Assembly: GCA_000002445.1 (NCBI GenBank)
Contig: CM000208.1
Location: 2,784,001 to 2,848,000 of the forward strand
Direction of reading: 5' to 3'
DNA: 64,000 bases
DNA from: Trypanosoma brucei
Taxonomy: Eukaryota
The notes beneath the pieces were generated by a model, which did no database searches, was not told the origin of the DNA, and saw only the letters and a list, made by a program, of their open reading frames with translations. The position numbers were made by a program, and so were the translations under genes. Positions 10,940 to 23,475 of the stretch are shown here, one piece after another. Numbering within the stretch: position 1 is the stretch's first letter; each line of letters begins with the position of its first letter.

Positions 10940-13210
10940 ATGGATAGCTCGCTTTGCTTCGTGTGCTCTAGGTGTGAGCACCCCATTTGCTCACACGTGG
11001 ATATTATCACCAAGACTGTGAGCAACGGGACGACAGAACATGCGTTTGTTTATGAGATGGAGGACTTGCTGAACATGGACAGACCTGTTCCGTGTTACAG
11101 TGGTGATGAAATATGTGAAACTCGAGTTCACGTTTCTGAAAAAATTCTCAATGTGCCGCTGCCACCAGCCGCCAGGTTGGTGGCACTAGAGGCCTTAGCA
11201 AACTCGCAGCGAGCTCGGGCCCTTGAGGTTGTCCCATCGGGTCCTGTGACGGATGCCGATAACAGCTTGACATCTGAGGTGGGACATGTCACGACGGACA
11301 GCGGGCAAAACCCCCAAGGCAACCATGATGAGGAAGCTGACAACGTCGCTGGCAACAGTTTGGGGCAAATTTCGCGGATTGGTGGGCAGGGACGCTCATC
11401 GCCGAGTTCCCCAACCAATGGTTCCGGTGATGTGTTAACACGATCTCTTGCGCGTTTTTCCCGTACCAAGGAAACTCGTGTGGACCTCATTTGTGTAAAG
11501 GAGGATGTTCTCTCTGGCGGTCTTGCTCGATGCACCACGGATCGTAGCGCCGACACTCCTCCAGTGCCCTTAACATCATCATTGGTTTCTGACGCCCCCG
11601 GAACCGCCTCTGTCGCTGCTGGTGGCGAGGAGAGTGGGGGAGCCAGTGCTTCACTAATGCGTGGGACACAGAGTACCCTGGGAATAGTGTCGCAAACGCC
11701 GACAGCCACGCGGTGGTTACGACACCCAGGAAACCTTATTGTGGAAGAAGGCTTCGTTCAAGTCAGGCGCCGCACCAAAACGTCCCGCTGTCCGTGGTTT
11801 AACACTTATAACTGTTCGGAGCGGCTGGAATGTCCCGACTGCCACCTTGCGTTGGGATACCTTTTTGTTGTTAAACCCACTACTCAAACCCATTCGCACC
11901 ACGCTCCCGCTCCTGGGCCGGAACCCACTGTGATGGAGGATGCAGAGGAAGGCAGCCCTGTGGGGACGCACCGGCTACAACAAAAAAGGGAGCGAAATGA
12001 GGACCAGGAGGAAGTGGTGCTGACAGTATCAGAGGAGACAACTGCTAGAGAGAACTCATCCACGCAGGAGCAGAAGCAGCAGTGTGAAGGGAAAGGTGCT
12101 GATGAGCCGTTCCCCACAACTTTTGTGGGTCTGGAGCTCAAGAAGATACGGCAGCGTCACTGGGGTTTGCGCGACTTCCAGAAACGATATCATCAGGCTA
12201 AAGACCTCAAAACGTTCCGACTGCTGTTTCCGGAAGCCGAGGAGTTGGAAAGTGTTTATAGTCGTCTTGTGGCTCTGCGGACGCAATCTGAGCTTTACGG
12301 CAATCTCCTGCGTAAGCACAAGGAACAGAATGATGTACAATATGCACTTATTGAGAGCCAGAAGGAACGGATAAGCAGTTATGAGGAGAAGCTTAATACT
12401 ATGCAGCAAATCATTGAGGCTCAGAGAGCTCAACTTGACATGCAGTGTAAGCAAATAAAGCACCAGGAGGAGCTGCTACGCAATCACAAAAGCCAGGTGG
12501 CAACGCAGCAGTATCAGATTCACGTCGAACAACTCCTGCGGAGTGAACAGAGCCGTACGATTGAATCACAGCGTGAACAACTAACACTCATGCAGGCCCA
12601 TCTCCGGGCGCGTGTCATGAAAGAGCAGCTGGAAGAGCGTTATGGGCAGCTCATTTCACTTCTTCAGCATGTGGATGAGCAGCAACAGCAACAGGAGTCG
12701 CCGACATCTCCTAGCAGCACCCCTACGCCCTCCCCTAGTGCGCCTTCGCAGGGAACATCGTGCCCAATTTTGCCTCCGGCGCATCTTGTGGGAGTCATCG
12801 GGCGAGATGTTCGTGAACAGTCACGTGTTTCCTCTGAATATAATCGCAGTGAGGGGAGTCATGGCGCACAGGAACGGTACCCCTCACGAGGGTCCACGCT
12901 GCCAACCTTGCTTGTGAACAGAAATGTGCCTCACAATGAGGGTGAGGCAACTGTGGATAACGGGCCCAGTAACAAATTCTCGGCAGGCAGGTCCGTCGCA
13001 TCAGGTGTTTCTGGCGGTAGGGAAAAAAACCACATCCTTTATGGTTGCAGTACGAGTGCTGCCGAGCAGGCGGTGGGAAGTGCAAGAAGAGCCCCGAGAG
13101 AGCGGGCCCAACTAAGCCCCGTCCAGGAGGCTTCGCCAAATAGAAGTAACGCGAGTGGTAACTGTCCAAGGGGGTCCGTAAGCGACACGAGCACGAGTGG
13201 GGAACCGTGA
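10940..13210 (+). CDS. hypothetical protein (N-terminal Cys/His cluster, central coiled-coil)
   Basis: ATG-initiated 756-aa ORF. N-terminal CFVCSRCEHPICSH. Long Q/E/L-rich heptad region (QQIIEAQRAQLDMQCKQIKHQEELLRNHKSQVATQQYQIHVEQLL). S/P-rich C-terminus. Confidence 0.55.
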   Translation: MDSSLCFVCSRCEHPICSHVDIITKTVSNGTTEHAFVYEMEDLLNMDRPVPCYSGDEICETRVHVSEKILNVPLPPAARLVALEALANSQRARALEVVPSGPVTDADNSLTSEVGHVTTDSGQNPQGNHDEEADNVAGNSLGQISRIGGQGRSSPSSPTNGSGDVLTRSLARFSRTKETRVDLICVKEDVLSGGLARCTTDRSADTPPVPLTSSLVSDAPGTASVAAGGEESGGASASLMRGTQSTLGIVSQTPTATRWLRHPGNLIVEEGFVQVRRRTKTSRCPWFNTYNCSERLECPDCHLALGYLFVVKPTTQTHSHHAPAPGPEPTVMEDAEEGSPVGTHRLQQKRERNEDQEEVVLTVSEETTARENSSTQEQKQQCEGKGADEPFPTTFVGLELKKIRQRHWGLRDFQKRYHQAKDLKTFRLLFPEAEELESVYSRLVALRTQSELYGNLLRKHKEQNDVQYALIESQKERISSYEEKLNTMQQIIEAQRAQLDMQCKQIKHQEELLRNHKSQVATQQYQIHVEQLLRSEQSRTIESQREQLTLMQAHLRARVMKEQLEERYGQLISLLQHVDEQQQQQESPTSPSSTPTPSPSAPSQGTSCPILPPAHLVGVIGRDVREQSRVSSEYNRSEGSHGAQERYPSRGSTLPTLLVNRNVPHNEGEATVDNGPSNKFSAGRSVASGVSGGREKNHILYGCSTSAAEQAVGSARRAPRERAQLSPVQEASPNRSNASGNCPRGSVSDTSTSGEP

Positions 13211-14263
13211 CACGTATGCCCCGTCGTTTGCAGGTGGTCTGTGACCAAAGAGGTTTATATCACTGGTTACGAGGTGAAGTGAATTTCCCTGATTTTTCCT
13301 CTGTACATTCTCGAATTCGCTACTTAATCTGCAGTTACCATGACTCGTTTGACTTTTTGAAATGGGAATGTGAATATCTAAGAAGTTATATGTCACTGCA
13401 CAAGCACACGGGCAGCCGAGACTGAGGACCAGCTTAGTGTCTGCTGTGATTCACGTCGATGTTGTGGTTTGTGAAAAGGCACCAAAGTTAGGTCTGGTTT
13501 CATTGTGTGGGTTGCTTTGATGCCTGTGGGCAGGTCTTGTTGGATGCCTTTGCACAGCTCAGCTGCCACATGAAATGAAGGAAGGGAGTCACGATAGTGC
13601 AAAGAAATATCAATATTTCCGTTTCTGTGGCTTTTTGCTGGATTCTCGTGCTGTGGATACGTTTGTTTGTAGACATTGATACTGGTGTCGAGTGGCGGCA
13701 CAGTATCTCTGAATAAAAAATCCACCATTCCCCCTCCACTTGCCCTTTACCCCCATCCCCCCACTCCCGTCGTGGTGTGGCGATAACTTTTCCCCCCACC
13801 ATCGCTTAACTTATTGAAAAGGGCAGGTACAGGCTCTAAGAGAAGAGGTGAGCTTAAGCTACCGCTTCTGTTTGACATGAGAAGAGGGGGAATGGACTAG
13901 CAAAAGAAAATATACTCAAGTGGCGAAACGGTGTTTGTGGAACCATGTTGGTGAGCACCCCCTATGCATGGATGAAGGGGGGGAAAAAATTACATCCCTC
14001 ATTTTACTGCGTTTTTGCTTGTAGCTCGTGCATGACCCCTGTGAAAAACAAATGTAAAGTGTCCAGAGTTGGATATACGATGAGTGGCCTGTACTTAGTC
14101 CTTAGTTTTGCTTACGTCACTTTCTGCATTCTCCGTTTAAGCTTCTTTCCTCTTTCTCTCGTGGTGTCGGAAGGCGGTTGCCTCCTTAATCGTCAGGAGG
14201 GCAACGTGGTGCGTGGAGTCCTGCCGCGGTGTGTAGGTTTTTGAGCTGTAGGAATATCCCGTC

Positions 14264-14932
14264 ATGCCAGTTGAGCAGTTGGAAGAGGAAAATAAGACTC
14301 TCAGAACGAAGGTTCGGGTGCTGGAGGAGGAACTCAAGCACCGCAATGCCGAATGCGTTAGGCTGAGGGATGAGCTGCAGTTGCTATCGGGGGTGATGCG
14401 GGAAAATGACAGTCAACGCCAATTGATCGATACGTTGCGAGAGGAGCTTGAATTCTCCCGAAAGAGCCATGCGGAGGCGGTAGAGGCGCTTAACGTGGGG
14501 GAGAAGCAAAGGAGAAATGAAGAACACAGACAGCGCATGGCGAGGGTGCAGTTGCAGCTTTCTACCAGTGGGATGGATGTAAAGACGGGTACTTCATCAC
14601 AAGCGGGGGGTGCGGTGTTACCGGTTGTGACCGGAGGTGTGGTACCGACGTCAAGCGGTGTAGAGATCATATGCAAGAGTTCAAACATCTCTTCCCTTGG
14701 GTTCGCGCCGGTGCAGCGACCCCCAGATTTTGCTGGCAGTGCTTATGGGCAATTTTACAGAGGTGTTGCTAATAGTGCTGACCTGGTGGAAGAGGAGGAC
14801 GAGGTTTCACGGCTTATGGCAATGGCGAAGGACGGGGCAATGCTGGACATTAAGCATGCTGAGGTTACCGATGGTGAGGAAAATGAGCTTCTGGAGCGTT
14901 ACAAGGCGTTAAAGCTGTGGAAACCTAACTAG
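14264..14932 (+). CDS. hypothetical small coiled-coil protein
   Basis: ATG start. The N-terminal 100 residues are strongly heptad-like (EEENKTLRTKVRVLEEELKHRNAECVRLRDELQLL). 222 aa. Confidence 0.45.
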   Translation: MPVEQLEEENKTLRTKVRVLEEELKHRNAECVRLRDELQLLSGVMRENDSQRQLIDTLREELEFSRKSHAEAVEALNVGEKQRRNEEHRQRMARVQLQLSTSGMDVKTGTSSQAGGAVLPVVTGGVVPTSSGVEIICKSSNISSLGFAPVQRPPDFAGSAYGQFYRGVANSADLVEEEDEVSRLMAMAKDGAMLDIKHAEVTDGEENELLERYKALKLWKPN

Positions 14933-15279
14933 GTGCATCGGTGTCCTTCAGTGGTAATGTGAGTGTGTGGGGATGTGGATATCGTCCGGTGGTACAAATT
15001 TGTTGATTTTTTCAGTGTGCTTATTGATGCGTTGCATACTTTCAGTTCATATTAATTGTGTTGATATTGTGCCAGCACTTTTGTGCAAGTTGGTGTCATG
15101 ATCGAGTCCGCCAACAGTTTTTGTTTCGGTCATTTTAATTGCCAGCAAGTGCGCGCGTCGACGGAATGCAACGGAGGGAGCTGTCCAACTAACGAAAAGA
15201 ATTTTCAGTGTGGAATATCGAAAAGTTTTGTTTCGATAATGATTGAATGTTGGTAGCACAAGCGCTATGGCGCCTCCAC

Positions 15280-15345
15280 CTCACTTTTTTTTTCAACCCG
15301 TGTACACCAATTTCGGCCTTACTCTCCCACTTTTTAAACATGTGA
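15280..15345 (+). promoter_or_regulatory. pyrimidine-rich tract upstream of the PUF gene
   Basis: tcactttttttttcaacccgtgtacaccaatttcggccttactctcccactttttaaac. Additional C/T-rich sequence lies at 15665-15770 immediately before the ATG at 15773. Confidence 0.35.
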
Positions 15346-15772
15346 CGTGTATGCGCTTCGCTAGTTCTTCAGGGTAACAAACTCTCTAAGGGAGAATAGG
15401 GAATAACGAAGGAAGGAAGAAGGCAGAAGAAGTGATTTACGTAGACGAAAGCGGGTGAAAGCAAAGGAAAAAAGCAAGGGCTGAGGCACAAACGCGAGAA
15501 AAAGAGAGGGGGTTTTCTTTCGAAGTTGGGAAAAGGGTGATCGTCAGGTAGGGTGATATAAAGGAGCGTTGCATTTAGCAAAGAATAACGCCCGGTTGCG
15601 ATAAGTCGTAGAGTGCCACACATCTGACGAACGGTAACCTTTCCCTCGCAGATATAAGGGCACGCACTCACCTGTTCCTTTTAACTCCTCTGGGCGGCCG
15701 TCATATAGCGGAAACTTCTGAGTTGATTGTCGTCTCAGAACTTTGTGTAACTCTTTCTTACCGTTGCGTAAA

Positions 15773-18304
15773 ATGAGTTCAACCAAAGAGCCGCTACACA
15801 TGTTCTCCTTAGGCGTAACGGAGCGCTCATGGGACGATGATGATGGAAATGCGCAGCATCAGCAGCGTCAACAACCGATGCCGCTTAAGATAGGATCTGA
15901 GCAGGGTGGTGGCGTTTACAACAGTAACGTTGCACAGCTTCAGGCCCATGGGCGGTCCGACTTTGGCGCCACGGGTGAAATTCTGGGGTCGTCATCCTAC
16001 CCGTCCAATACGCCACCACCAGGGACGGGTTCCAATGCAATGGGGTGGGTGCGTTACACTGCGATGGACTTTGAGCTTCTACTCCACGAGGGAAAACAAC
16101 CTACGGATGATATGCGCCGTTCGCAGGTCTACGCTAAGTGGTACCAGACGAAAAGGTTAACTGATGATCGCGTTCTCCCGCCCCTGACAAATCCTCGCTA
16201 TGACGCGAAGGGCGATGCGGAGGCCCCGTGGGATCCTGTGGTCCCCATGCGTATTCAAGGCCAGCAAAGCGTCGCCGGAGGCGGCGGCTCAGAGTTGGTA
16301 GGAAAAGGGGGTATTCGTATGGAGCTAGATACCAAAAACCTTCAGCAGGCACATGAGCAGCAAACGTTCAACCCGTACGCGATGTGCTTTCAACAGCAAG
16401 ACGACAATATAATGAGTCCAGGAACGCAGTTCTTTGGCGCCTATGCACCGACGCCGCTAGCAACGATGGCAACACCAAATACACTGCGTGCCTACGCTCA
16501 CTCTCGTATGGGCACACAGGTTCGCAACAATAACAACGTTAACCGCGGGGAAATTACACAAATCATGGCACCTGTGGCGGGGCAAACGCTTTACAACTCG
16601 GACTGGAATGCGACTGGCGACTTCACAGCAGCTCAAGGCATGGTGCCGAATGTCTGTCAGCAATATTACACTCAAGAACAAATGAACACCTTTGATTATT
16701 ATGCCGACCCGACGGTAGTTAATTACTACAATACGGCAACCACCAATGTGACTGACCACACGCAGATGCAGCCAGCCATAATGGCCATCGCCCCTACGGG
16801 GGATATGGGTGCATTACGTGGTCCTGCTGGTAGCGCTGGTCCAATGGCTGGTCCGAGTGGAGGCGCTACTCGAGGTGGTAGACGTAGCGGTGGTAGGGGA
16901 CGTGGAGGTAACAGCGGCAAATGGGGTTCAGGCGCGGCGAGAGGTCGTGGCACAGCCCCTCGTGAGTCGACGCAGCCGTGCTCCGAGTTGTTGGAACATT
17001 TCCGCACTGACGCGGCGAGTGGTGGAGTAAGCCAGTGGCGCATTGCTCATATTCTTAACCACGCCGTGGAGTTTGCGCAAGATCAAGAGGGTAGTCGCTT
17101 TATTCAGCGTGCAGTGGAGAGCGCCACTCATGATGAGGTGGACGCTCTCTTCCGCGAGATTTTCGAGTCTCCCCTCGAACTGGTAGTTGACGTCTTCGGT
17201 AATTATGTACTGCAGAAGCTTCTTGAGGTGGGAAATGCGCGCCAACTTGCCTACGCTGCCACGCGCTTACAGAACAATGTTGTCAATCTCACCCTTCAAA
17301 CATATGGGTGCCGTGTGATCCAAAAGTGCATTGAGGTGATGCCCCCCGAAGGCCTCGATATTATTCTCTCTGAACTTAGGGGCAATGTAGCGAAATGCAT
17401 TCAGGACCAGAACGGAAACCACGTGGTGCAGAAATGCGTGGAGGTTATTCCGCAACGTTGCGGCTTTATTGTCTCGGCGTTCTCTGGACGGGTGATGGAG
17501 TTGGCCACCCATGCGTACGGTTGCCGCGTTATTCAGTGCATTATGGATCATTGCCCCGACCAGGAGGAAGCCATTTTTTCGGAGTTGCTTGATTGCGTAG
17601 GTACTTTGGCCACAGACCAATACGGTAACTATGTCATTCAACATGTGCTGCAGCACATGAAAGATGATGAAAAGGTGGGACGCATCTTCGACGCCTTGAA
17701 GGGGAACTTCTACGAATCCAGCAAGCAGAAATTTGCATCTAATGTAATGGAGAAACTATTTGTGCGTGCTGACCCTCAGCAGCGTATGGAACTTGTCAAC
17801 ATGATGTGCTCACCTATAGGAGATGACAGTGGTGAACCTGTTGAGGTGTTGTCCTTTAAGCGTTCGTCCGCTCCCAAAAAGGAAAATGTTGAGAAGCAGC
17901 GCAACGAGTACGCCAAAAAGGGCCGTCGCGACAGAGAACGCGATCGCGAGAAGGAGAACTCTCTTGGACTTGTGGTTGAAGTGCAGTTGGCGGGAAGAGA
18001 GCCTCCCAGCATGCTTTGCCTTATGATGCAGAATCCTTTCGCTAATTACGTTGCCCAACGCGTACTTGACGCCGCTCACGTTGATCAGTACGTTTGCCTC
18101 ATCGATAATATTCAAAAGTTCCTGTTGCCCATCAGCACCTACACATATGGTGCCCCAATCGTGCAGCGTTTGGTCCGACGCGAGTTAGTAAAGGCTCCCG
18201 ACGACGTTTCGCTAAATCTCGCAGTGAGTGCTGTTTCTGCAGGGGGAAGGGGCAGTTATGGGCACCACCGCAGGGAAGCGCGCGAGCACTTCGATGCCGA
18301 GTGA
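15773..18304 (+). CDS. Pumilio/PUF-family RNA-binding protein (8 PUF repeats)
   Basis: The track start 15743 is a TTG. The first ATG is 15773 (MSSTKEP). The C-terminal half holds eight recognisable PUF repeats (FGNYVLQKLLEVG, YGCRVIQKCIEV, QNGNHVVQKCVEV, YGCRVIQCIMDH, QYGNYVIQHVLQH, FASNVMEKLF, FANYVAQRVLD). The N-terminal half is Q/G/N-rich low complexity with an RGG-like segment (GGRRSGGRGRGGNSG). Confidence 0.9.
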   Translation: MSSTKEPLHMFSLGVTERSWDDDDGNAQHQQRQQPMPLKIGSEQGGGVYNSNVAQLQAHGRSDFGATGEILGSSSYPSNTPPPGTGSNAMGWVRYTAMDFELLLHEGKQPTDDMRRSQVYAKWYQTKRLTDDRVLPPLTNPRYDAKGDAEAPWDPVVPMRIQGQQSVAGGGGSELVGKGGIRMELDTKNLQQAHEQQTFNPYAMCFQQQDDNIMSPGTQFFGAYAPTPLATMATPNTLRAYAHSRMGTQVRNNNNVNRGEITQIMAPVAGQTLYNSDWNATGDFTAAQGMVPNVCQQYYTQEQMNTFDYYADPTVVNYYNTATTNVTDHTQMQPAIMAIAPTGDMGALRGPAGSAGPMAGPSGGATRGGRRSGGRGRGGNSGKWGSGAARGRGTAPRESTQPCSELLEHFRTDAASGGVSQWRIAHILNHAVEFAQDQEGSRFIQRAVESATHDEVDALFREIFESPLELVVDVFGNYVLQKLLEVGNARQLAYAATRLQNNVVNLTLQTYGCRVIQKCIEVMPPEGLDIILSELRGNVAKCIQDQNGNHVVQKCVEVIPQRCGFIVSAFSGRVMELATHAYGCRVIQCIMDHCPDQEEAIFSELLDCVGTLATDQYGNYVIQHVLQHMKDDEKVGRIFDALKGNFYESSKQKFASNVMEKLFVRADPQQRMELVNMMCSPIGDDSGEPVEVLSFKRSSAPKKENVEKQRNEYAKKGRRDRERDREKENSLGLVVEVQLAGREPPSMLCLMMQNPFANYVAQRVLDAAHVDQYVCLIDNIQKFLLPISTYTYGAPIVQRLVRRELVKAPDDVSLNLAVSAVSAGGRGSYGHHRREAREHFDAE

Positions 18305-21269
18305 AAAAATAAAATAAAATAGTTGATAGGAGTTGTTGGACAGTCTGAGTAAATGGAGGAAAAGAGAAAAGAGAAAAGGGGAATAGTGGGTGGTGTGTGA
18401 CGAAATGTAGAGATGCATCACCGCAGTGAGAGTGACGTCGAATTGGCGTCCAATTTCCATATGAGGTCACGACGTTCCTCACAAGCATGAATAAAATGAA
18501 ATGAAGAAGGAAATTTTTTTTTTTTTAAAAAAGAAAAATCAAAACCAATATCAATTAATAAATAAATATATTGTGTCCCCTCCATTTCCCTTGGTTGTCT
18601 GCTCTTTGTTGTTTTTTTTCTTCATTTTACTATTCATTTTATTTCTCTCCATCATGTCACATAATCCCTCAAGCTGTGACCCAGAGGAGGGAAATGAATA
18701 TCAAGAGGAAAAGATATTATATTTCAACATGTTTTGATGTAGAGAAGGATTGCACGTGTGCGTACACTTGAAGGCGTTTGAAGGAAAGGGAGAAGAAAGA
18801 GGGAGGGGAGAAGGAATTGTGATGGAAAGAAAGAGAAAAAAAAAAGAAAAAAAGAAAAAAAAGGGGGGAAAAAAGAGTAAAGGAAGAGCAAAACTAAGAC
18901 ATGCAAGAAAAAATAATATTAAATGAAGAAAGAAGAAACGAAAAAAAAAATCATATTGAATAATTGAGAGGGAATGATTGTTGTTGTTGTTGTTTTTTTT
19001 TTTTGCTCCCTCTTGTATTTTGTAAAGAAAGAAAAGAAAAAGATACGCGTACATCCCCTTTTCTCTTCATTTTCTTTTTTTCTTTTTTTTTTCCCCCTTT
19101 TGTCTCCTTTCCTACGTGAAGATTAATGCAAAAAAGATATTTTGTTGTTTTTTTCACCTTTTATCCCTCCTGAACTCTCGTTACTTCTGTTATATTTTTA
19201 CGATTTATTACTTCTCACTAGTGTTTTGGATGTTGGTGTTGGTTGAGTGTTCTTTGTGTTTTGTTTTTGTTTTTTATTATTTTGTTTCGGATTCTTATTT
19301 GTTTGTTTTATTTTCAATTTTTTTTTGTTGTGATTTAGCGTAGTGACGAGTGAATGGGACGAGAAGAAATACGATAGTGAATAGGAGAGTTTTTGTTCGT
19401 TTGTTTTTTGTTTTTGTTTTTGTGAAAAAGAGAAGTAAAGAAGGAGGAACCGAGCGGAGAAAAAATGGTGGGATGAAAGACAAAGGAATAAAAAATAAAA
19501 AAATAGGAGTGATGACGATGACTATGATGATGATGAATGGTAGAGAGAATAAATTTTATTATGTTGAGGAGTGTAGTGAAAAGGTGACAAAGAATTTTTG
19601 AAAAGGAAGAGATTTTGCAGGTGGAAAAAAGGGAGACGTTTAGTTTGAAAATGAAAGTAAATTGGCTGAATGGGGAGAGGGATTTTTTTAAAAAAAAAAT
19701 TAGTAATAATAATAATAAAATCAGCGAATAGACGAGTGGAATGGCAAAATAACAATATCAACAACAACAGATTAAAAGGAAGGAAAAAAAAAAATAGAAC
19801 AGAGTAAAAGTAAAAAATGCCAACAGAGCACTACTACCACCGAAATCAAGAACAAAACAAATCAATACAGAAAAAAAAAATACGGAAGAAAGACGATGAG
19901 AAACGAGGGAATTCAGAAAAAGAAAAAAAAATAAGAGAGATAAGGAAGGGGGAGCGCACGAAGATGTGAATGAGTGACAAAGCAAATATAACCAAAAGCA
20001 GTTATTATTATTATTATTTGTTATTGTTATTGTTGTTATTGTTAGTAGACAAGAAGGATGAGTGATAACGACGTACCCATTTTTGTCTGTGTTTATGTTT
20101 GTGCTTGTGTGTTTTTTTTTCCCTGTGATTTGCGAAGAATATAAATATATAAATATATATAAGTATATATAAATAAATATATATAAATATTTACTTATAC
20201 AATATGTGTTCGTCTGTGATGTTTTTGTGTGTGTGTCTATGAGCTGCGAAAAGAATGATGAATGAAAATTTATTTCTTTTAAACACTATGTTTGAAGGAA
20301 GTAAAGGCTATAGATTGTTTGACATCGGTGGTGTGAAAGGGGACAAAAAAGCAAAGAGAGGTCAGCTTTTTGTGTTTCATTTGTTTTCTTTTTTCTCCTT
20401 TTTCTCCTTTTTTTCTTTTTTTCTTTTTTTTAAAATCACCATTGAGGTGAACAGGTAGAGGTGTTGTAGAGATATGAAAGTGGATATAACGACGCAGAGC
20501 GTGGCGTAGACAAAAATTAAAAAAAATTAAAATTAATGCAGAAGAAAGGAGGAAAAGGTGTGTGTGGCGGATCTGGAAGGGGAAGTGACGAAAAAAAAAA
20601 ATGAAAGTGAGAAGCATTCACTATCTCCATTTTTTCCTCTTTATTTTGTTGTGCCCGGGAATTTCTTTTTTTTTTTTCTTATTGGACCTTTAGGGAGGAC
20701 GTTGATGCGTTCTTCTCCAATTTTTGTCTTACTTCTTTTATTTTATTTTATTTTATTTCTTGTTTGTAGTGCTGTGCTTTTTCTTCGTCTTCTCTTTGTC
20801 TGTTTTTCTTTTTCTTTTTTTGTTTTCATGTGCTGTTTGTGCCCCTTCTTACATTTTTTTTTCTACACGCAAATCCATTTGATGGACTTGCTTCTGTGGA
20901 GCTGGGGAATCTCAGTTTCGAAATATACAATAATAATAATATTATTATTATTACATTAATATAAATATTATTATTAGTGGTAATATTTATTGTAGTGTTC
21001 GTATCTTTCCTTTTCTCCTTCCATTCCATTCCATTCCATTCCCTTTTCTTTTTCTTCTCCCTTCTCCCTTTTCCCTCTCCTTTCTTTCCTTCCTTATGTT
21101 CTTTTTCTTTTTCCTTCTGATTTTCCTCATTTTACATGTTGACCTTCCGTTGCAGAGGAGTATTTATTATGCTTGTGTGTATGTGAGGGGGGAAAAAAAG
21201 AAGTGAAAAGAAATGTGAAGGTGAAGGCCGAGTGGGATGCATCGGGACGATTGTTATATTTGCTTCATT

Positions 21270-21360
21270 ATATATTATATATTATATATATATATATATA
21301 TTATTATTATTATTATTACCATTATTGTTAATATTAATATTATTATTACTACTACTATTA
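21270..21360. repeat. compound AT-rich microsatellite ((TATAT)n, (TA)n, (ATT)n, (TAT)n)
   Basis: tatatattatatattatatatatatatatatattattattattattacc... read directly. Confidence 0.85.
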
Positions 21361-23400
21361 CTATTTGCCCGCTCCTTCTCTTCTCTTCTCTTCTTTAATT
21401 AATTTACATTTACTCTTCTCCATTCCCCACCCTAACTTTTTTTGGGCGTCGTTGCGTCTCCTCTGTGCCCCCGATGCCTAAGGTTGCTTTTTGTATTTAT
21501 TTCGCTGTTGTGTTTTCTTGTTTGTTCTTGCGCACGTGTTGGAATGTACATGATTTTCTAAATTAAGAGAGAGAGAAAGAGGAAAAACGAAATATTCGCA
21601 AATGATTATATATTAATATATATATATATATATATAAATATGTGCATGTATATGTTTTTTTTTTGGTTCTATCTACGTGTGTTCGCGTCTGTGTTTGTGT
21701 TTGTCTGTTTGTGTTTCTTTCTCTACGAGGAAAGGCAGTAACTGAAAGGAATGCGTGTAGGATACCTGGGGAAATGGAGGAGAGGGATTTTGTGTTTGTT
21801 CGCCTGTGTGGAGGAATGAATAAAAAATTCTTTTTTTTTTTAAAAAAAAGAAAGGCGACGCAAAAAGAAGAGGGACGGTCGTGGGAGAGGAAAAGAGTTA
21901 TATGAAGTGGGTCATTTAAAAGGAGCAAAAAGAAGAAAAAAAATTAAGGAAAACAAATCAAAACGAATTAAAAAAACAACAACAACAACAGGGTAAATGG
22001 ATGAAAGGGGAGGGGGGAAAAAAAAGGGGGAGAGGAGTAAAGGAGCGAAACGGGAGAAGGGGATCGGTAGAAGAATGACAGGAATATATATTTTATATAT
22101 TATTTAGCTGTGGAGAAATTGAAGTTTAGGGGTGATGAAATGAAAAATGGGAATTAGTGCGTATATATATATATGTGTGTGTGTGTGTGCGCGCGTATGT
22201 ATGGCTATTGTGCAGTACATTTACGAGTTATTTAAACATATGTATCCATCAGGAATAATTGAACATGAAGACAAACAACCAAACAAGCAAATGAAACGGA
22301 ATAGATAAATGAGAAGCAGAAGGTGAACATGATGGAGTTTTGAGTGTGTGTGTGTGTGAGTGTGTGCATTTGGTGGTGTAAGAGTAGGAGGAGGGAAGTG
22401 AGGCGTTAGTATAATGAGGAAAAAGATGAGAAAGCATTTTCTTCTTTTCTTCTTCTGAAAAAAATAAAAAGGAGAAGAGGGGGAATGTCAACTGGGAAGG
22501 GAAGACAAGGCAAAGTGCGAATCCTTCCCCGCATGCCTGTTTTATTCTTTCCTTTTCTTTTGTTTTTTAGCAATTGCTGCTGCTGAGGGCCCACTGTTTT
22601 TGTTTATTCCTTTTGTTATACGCCCTTCATCTTCTCTTTTGTTTCTCTTTCCCTCCTTCTTCACCTTCACCCTTGTTTTTTTTCTTTTTCTATTTCATTC
22701 ACTTTCCTTCTTCTATCAGTCACCATATATACACGTGTGAGTTTGTTAGCGGTACCGTCTTGTTACTACTTTTATTTGGCTGCTTTTTTTGTTTTCACTT
22801 TGTTTTTCTGTGGCATTGAACACCATTGTCAAAACCTGCCTCCAGTGATGTTCATTCATTCATTCATTCAACTATTTTATTTGATTTTATTTTTGCGCAT
22901 GTGTACTCCTGCCATCTTTCCATCCATTCCAGTCATCCTGCGTAGTTGAACTTTCCCCTCGTTCCTTTTTTTTTTCTATTTTTTTGTAAAATATTTACAT
23001 TAGTTATAAAAGTGTTGATATGTCCATTGTAGCGCACTCGTAACACCTTCCGTGCATTCAGCATTTGCCCATACATTTTAATTTGCTTATCAATATATGA
23101 ATATATAAATATATAAATATATATATATTTATGTGCATTGATAATTGCACGCGTTGGGAGAAGGAAATGCGGGGCACGTGGTGGCAACGGCAAATGATTT
23201 CGCAAGGATTGACAGCAGATATTTGTGTAATGTCCCCCCCCCAAAAAAAAATAATAGTAATAAATAAATAACAAAAAACAGAAAGAAAAAAAGAACAACA
23301 ACAAAAAGAAACAAAACCGGGTGTAGAAAAATGTACACACACAAAAAAAAAAGAAAAGAGATTATGAATTAAAGGCGTGCAGGAAATTCTTTGTAAAGAA

Positions 23401-23475
23401 CTTTTAGTTTCACTCTGCTCTCTTTTATCTCCTTACTGCTCTGAACACCATTATTTTTTATTTTTATTACTTCGT
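23401..23475 (+). promoter_or_regulatory. polypyrimidine tract plus AG upstream of small ORF 23612
   Basis: cttttagtttcactctgctctcttttatctccttactgctctgaacaccattattttttatttttattacttcgttttcttgcatctacataag. Confidence 0.4.

Noticed and set aside
19507-19640. C-box-like tgatga clusters (gtgatgacgatgactatgatgatgatgaatgg), and another at 20255, as possible C/D snoRNAs in the gene desert
   Set aside because: No D box (ctga) sits at the appropriate distance and no terminal stem was identified. The strings sit in simple purine-rich repeats. A proper snoRNA search (snoscan or covariance models) would still be worthwhile.
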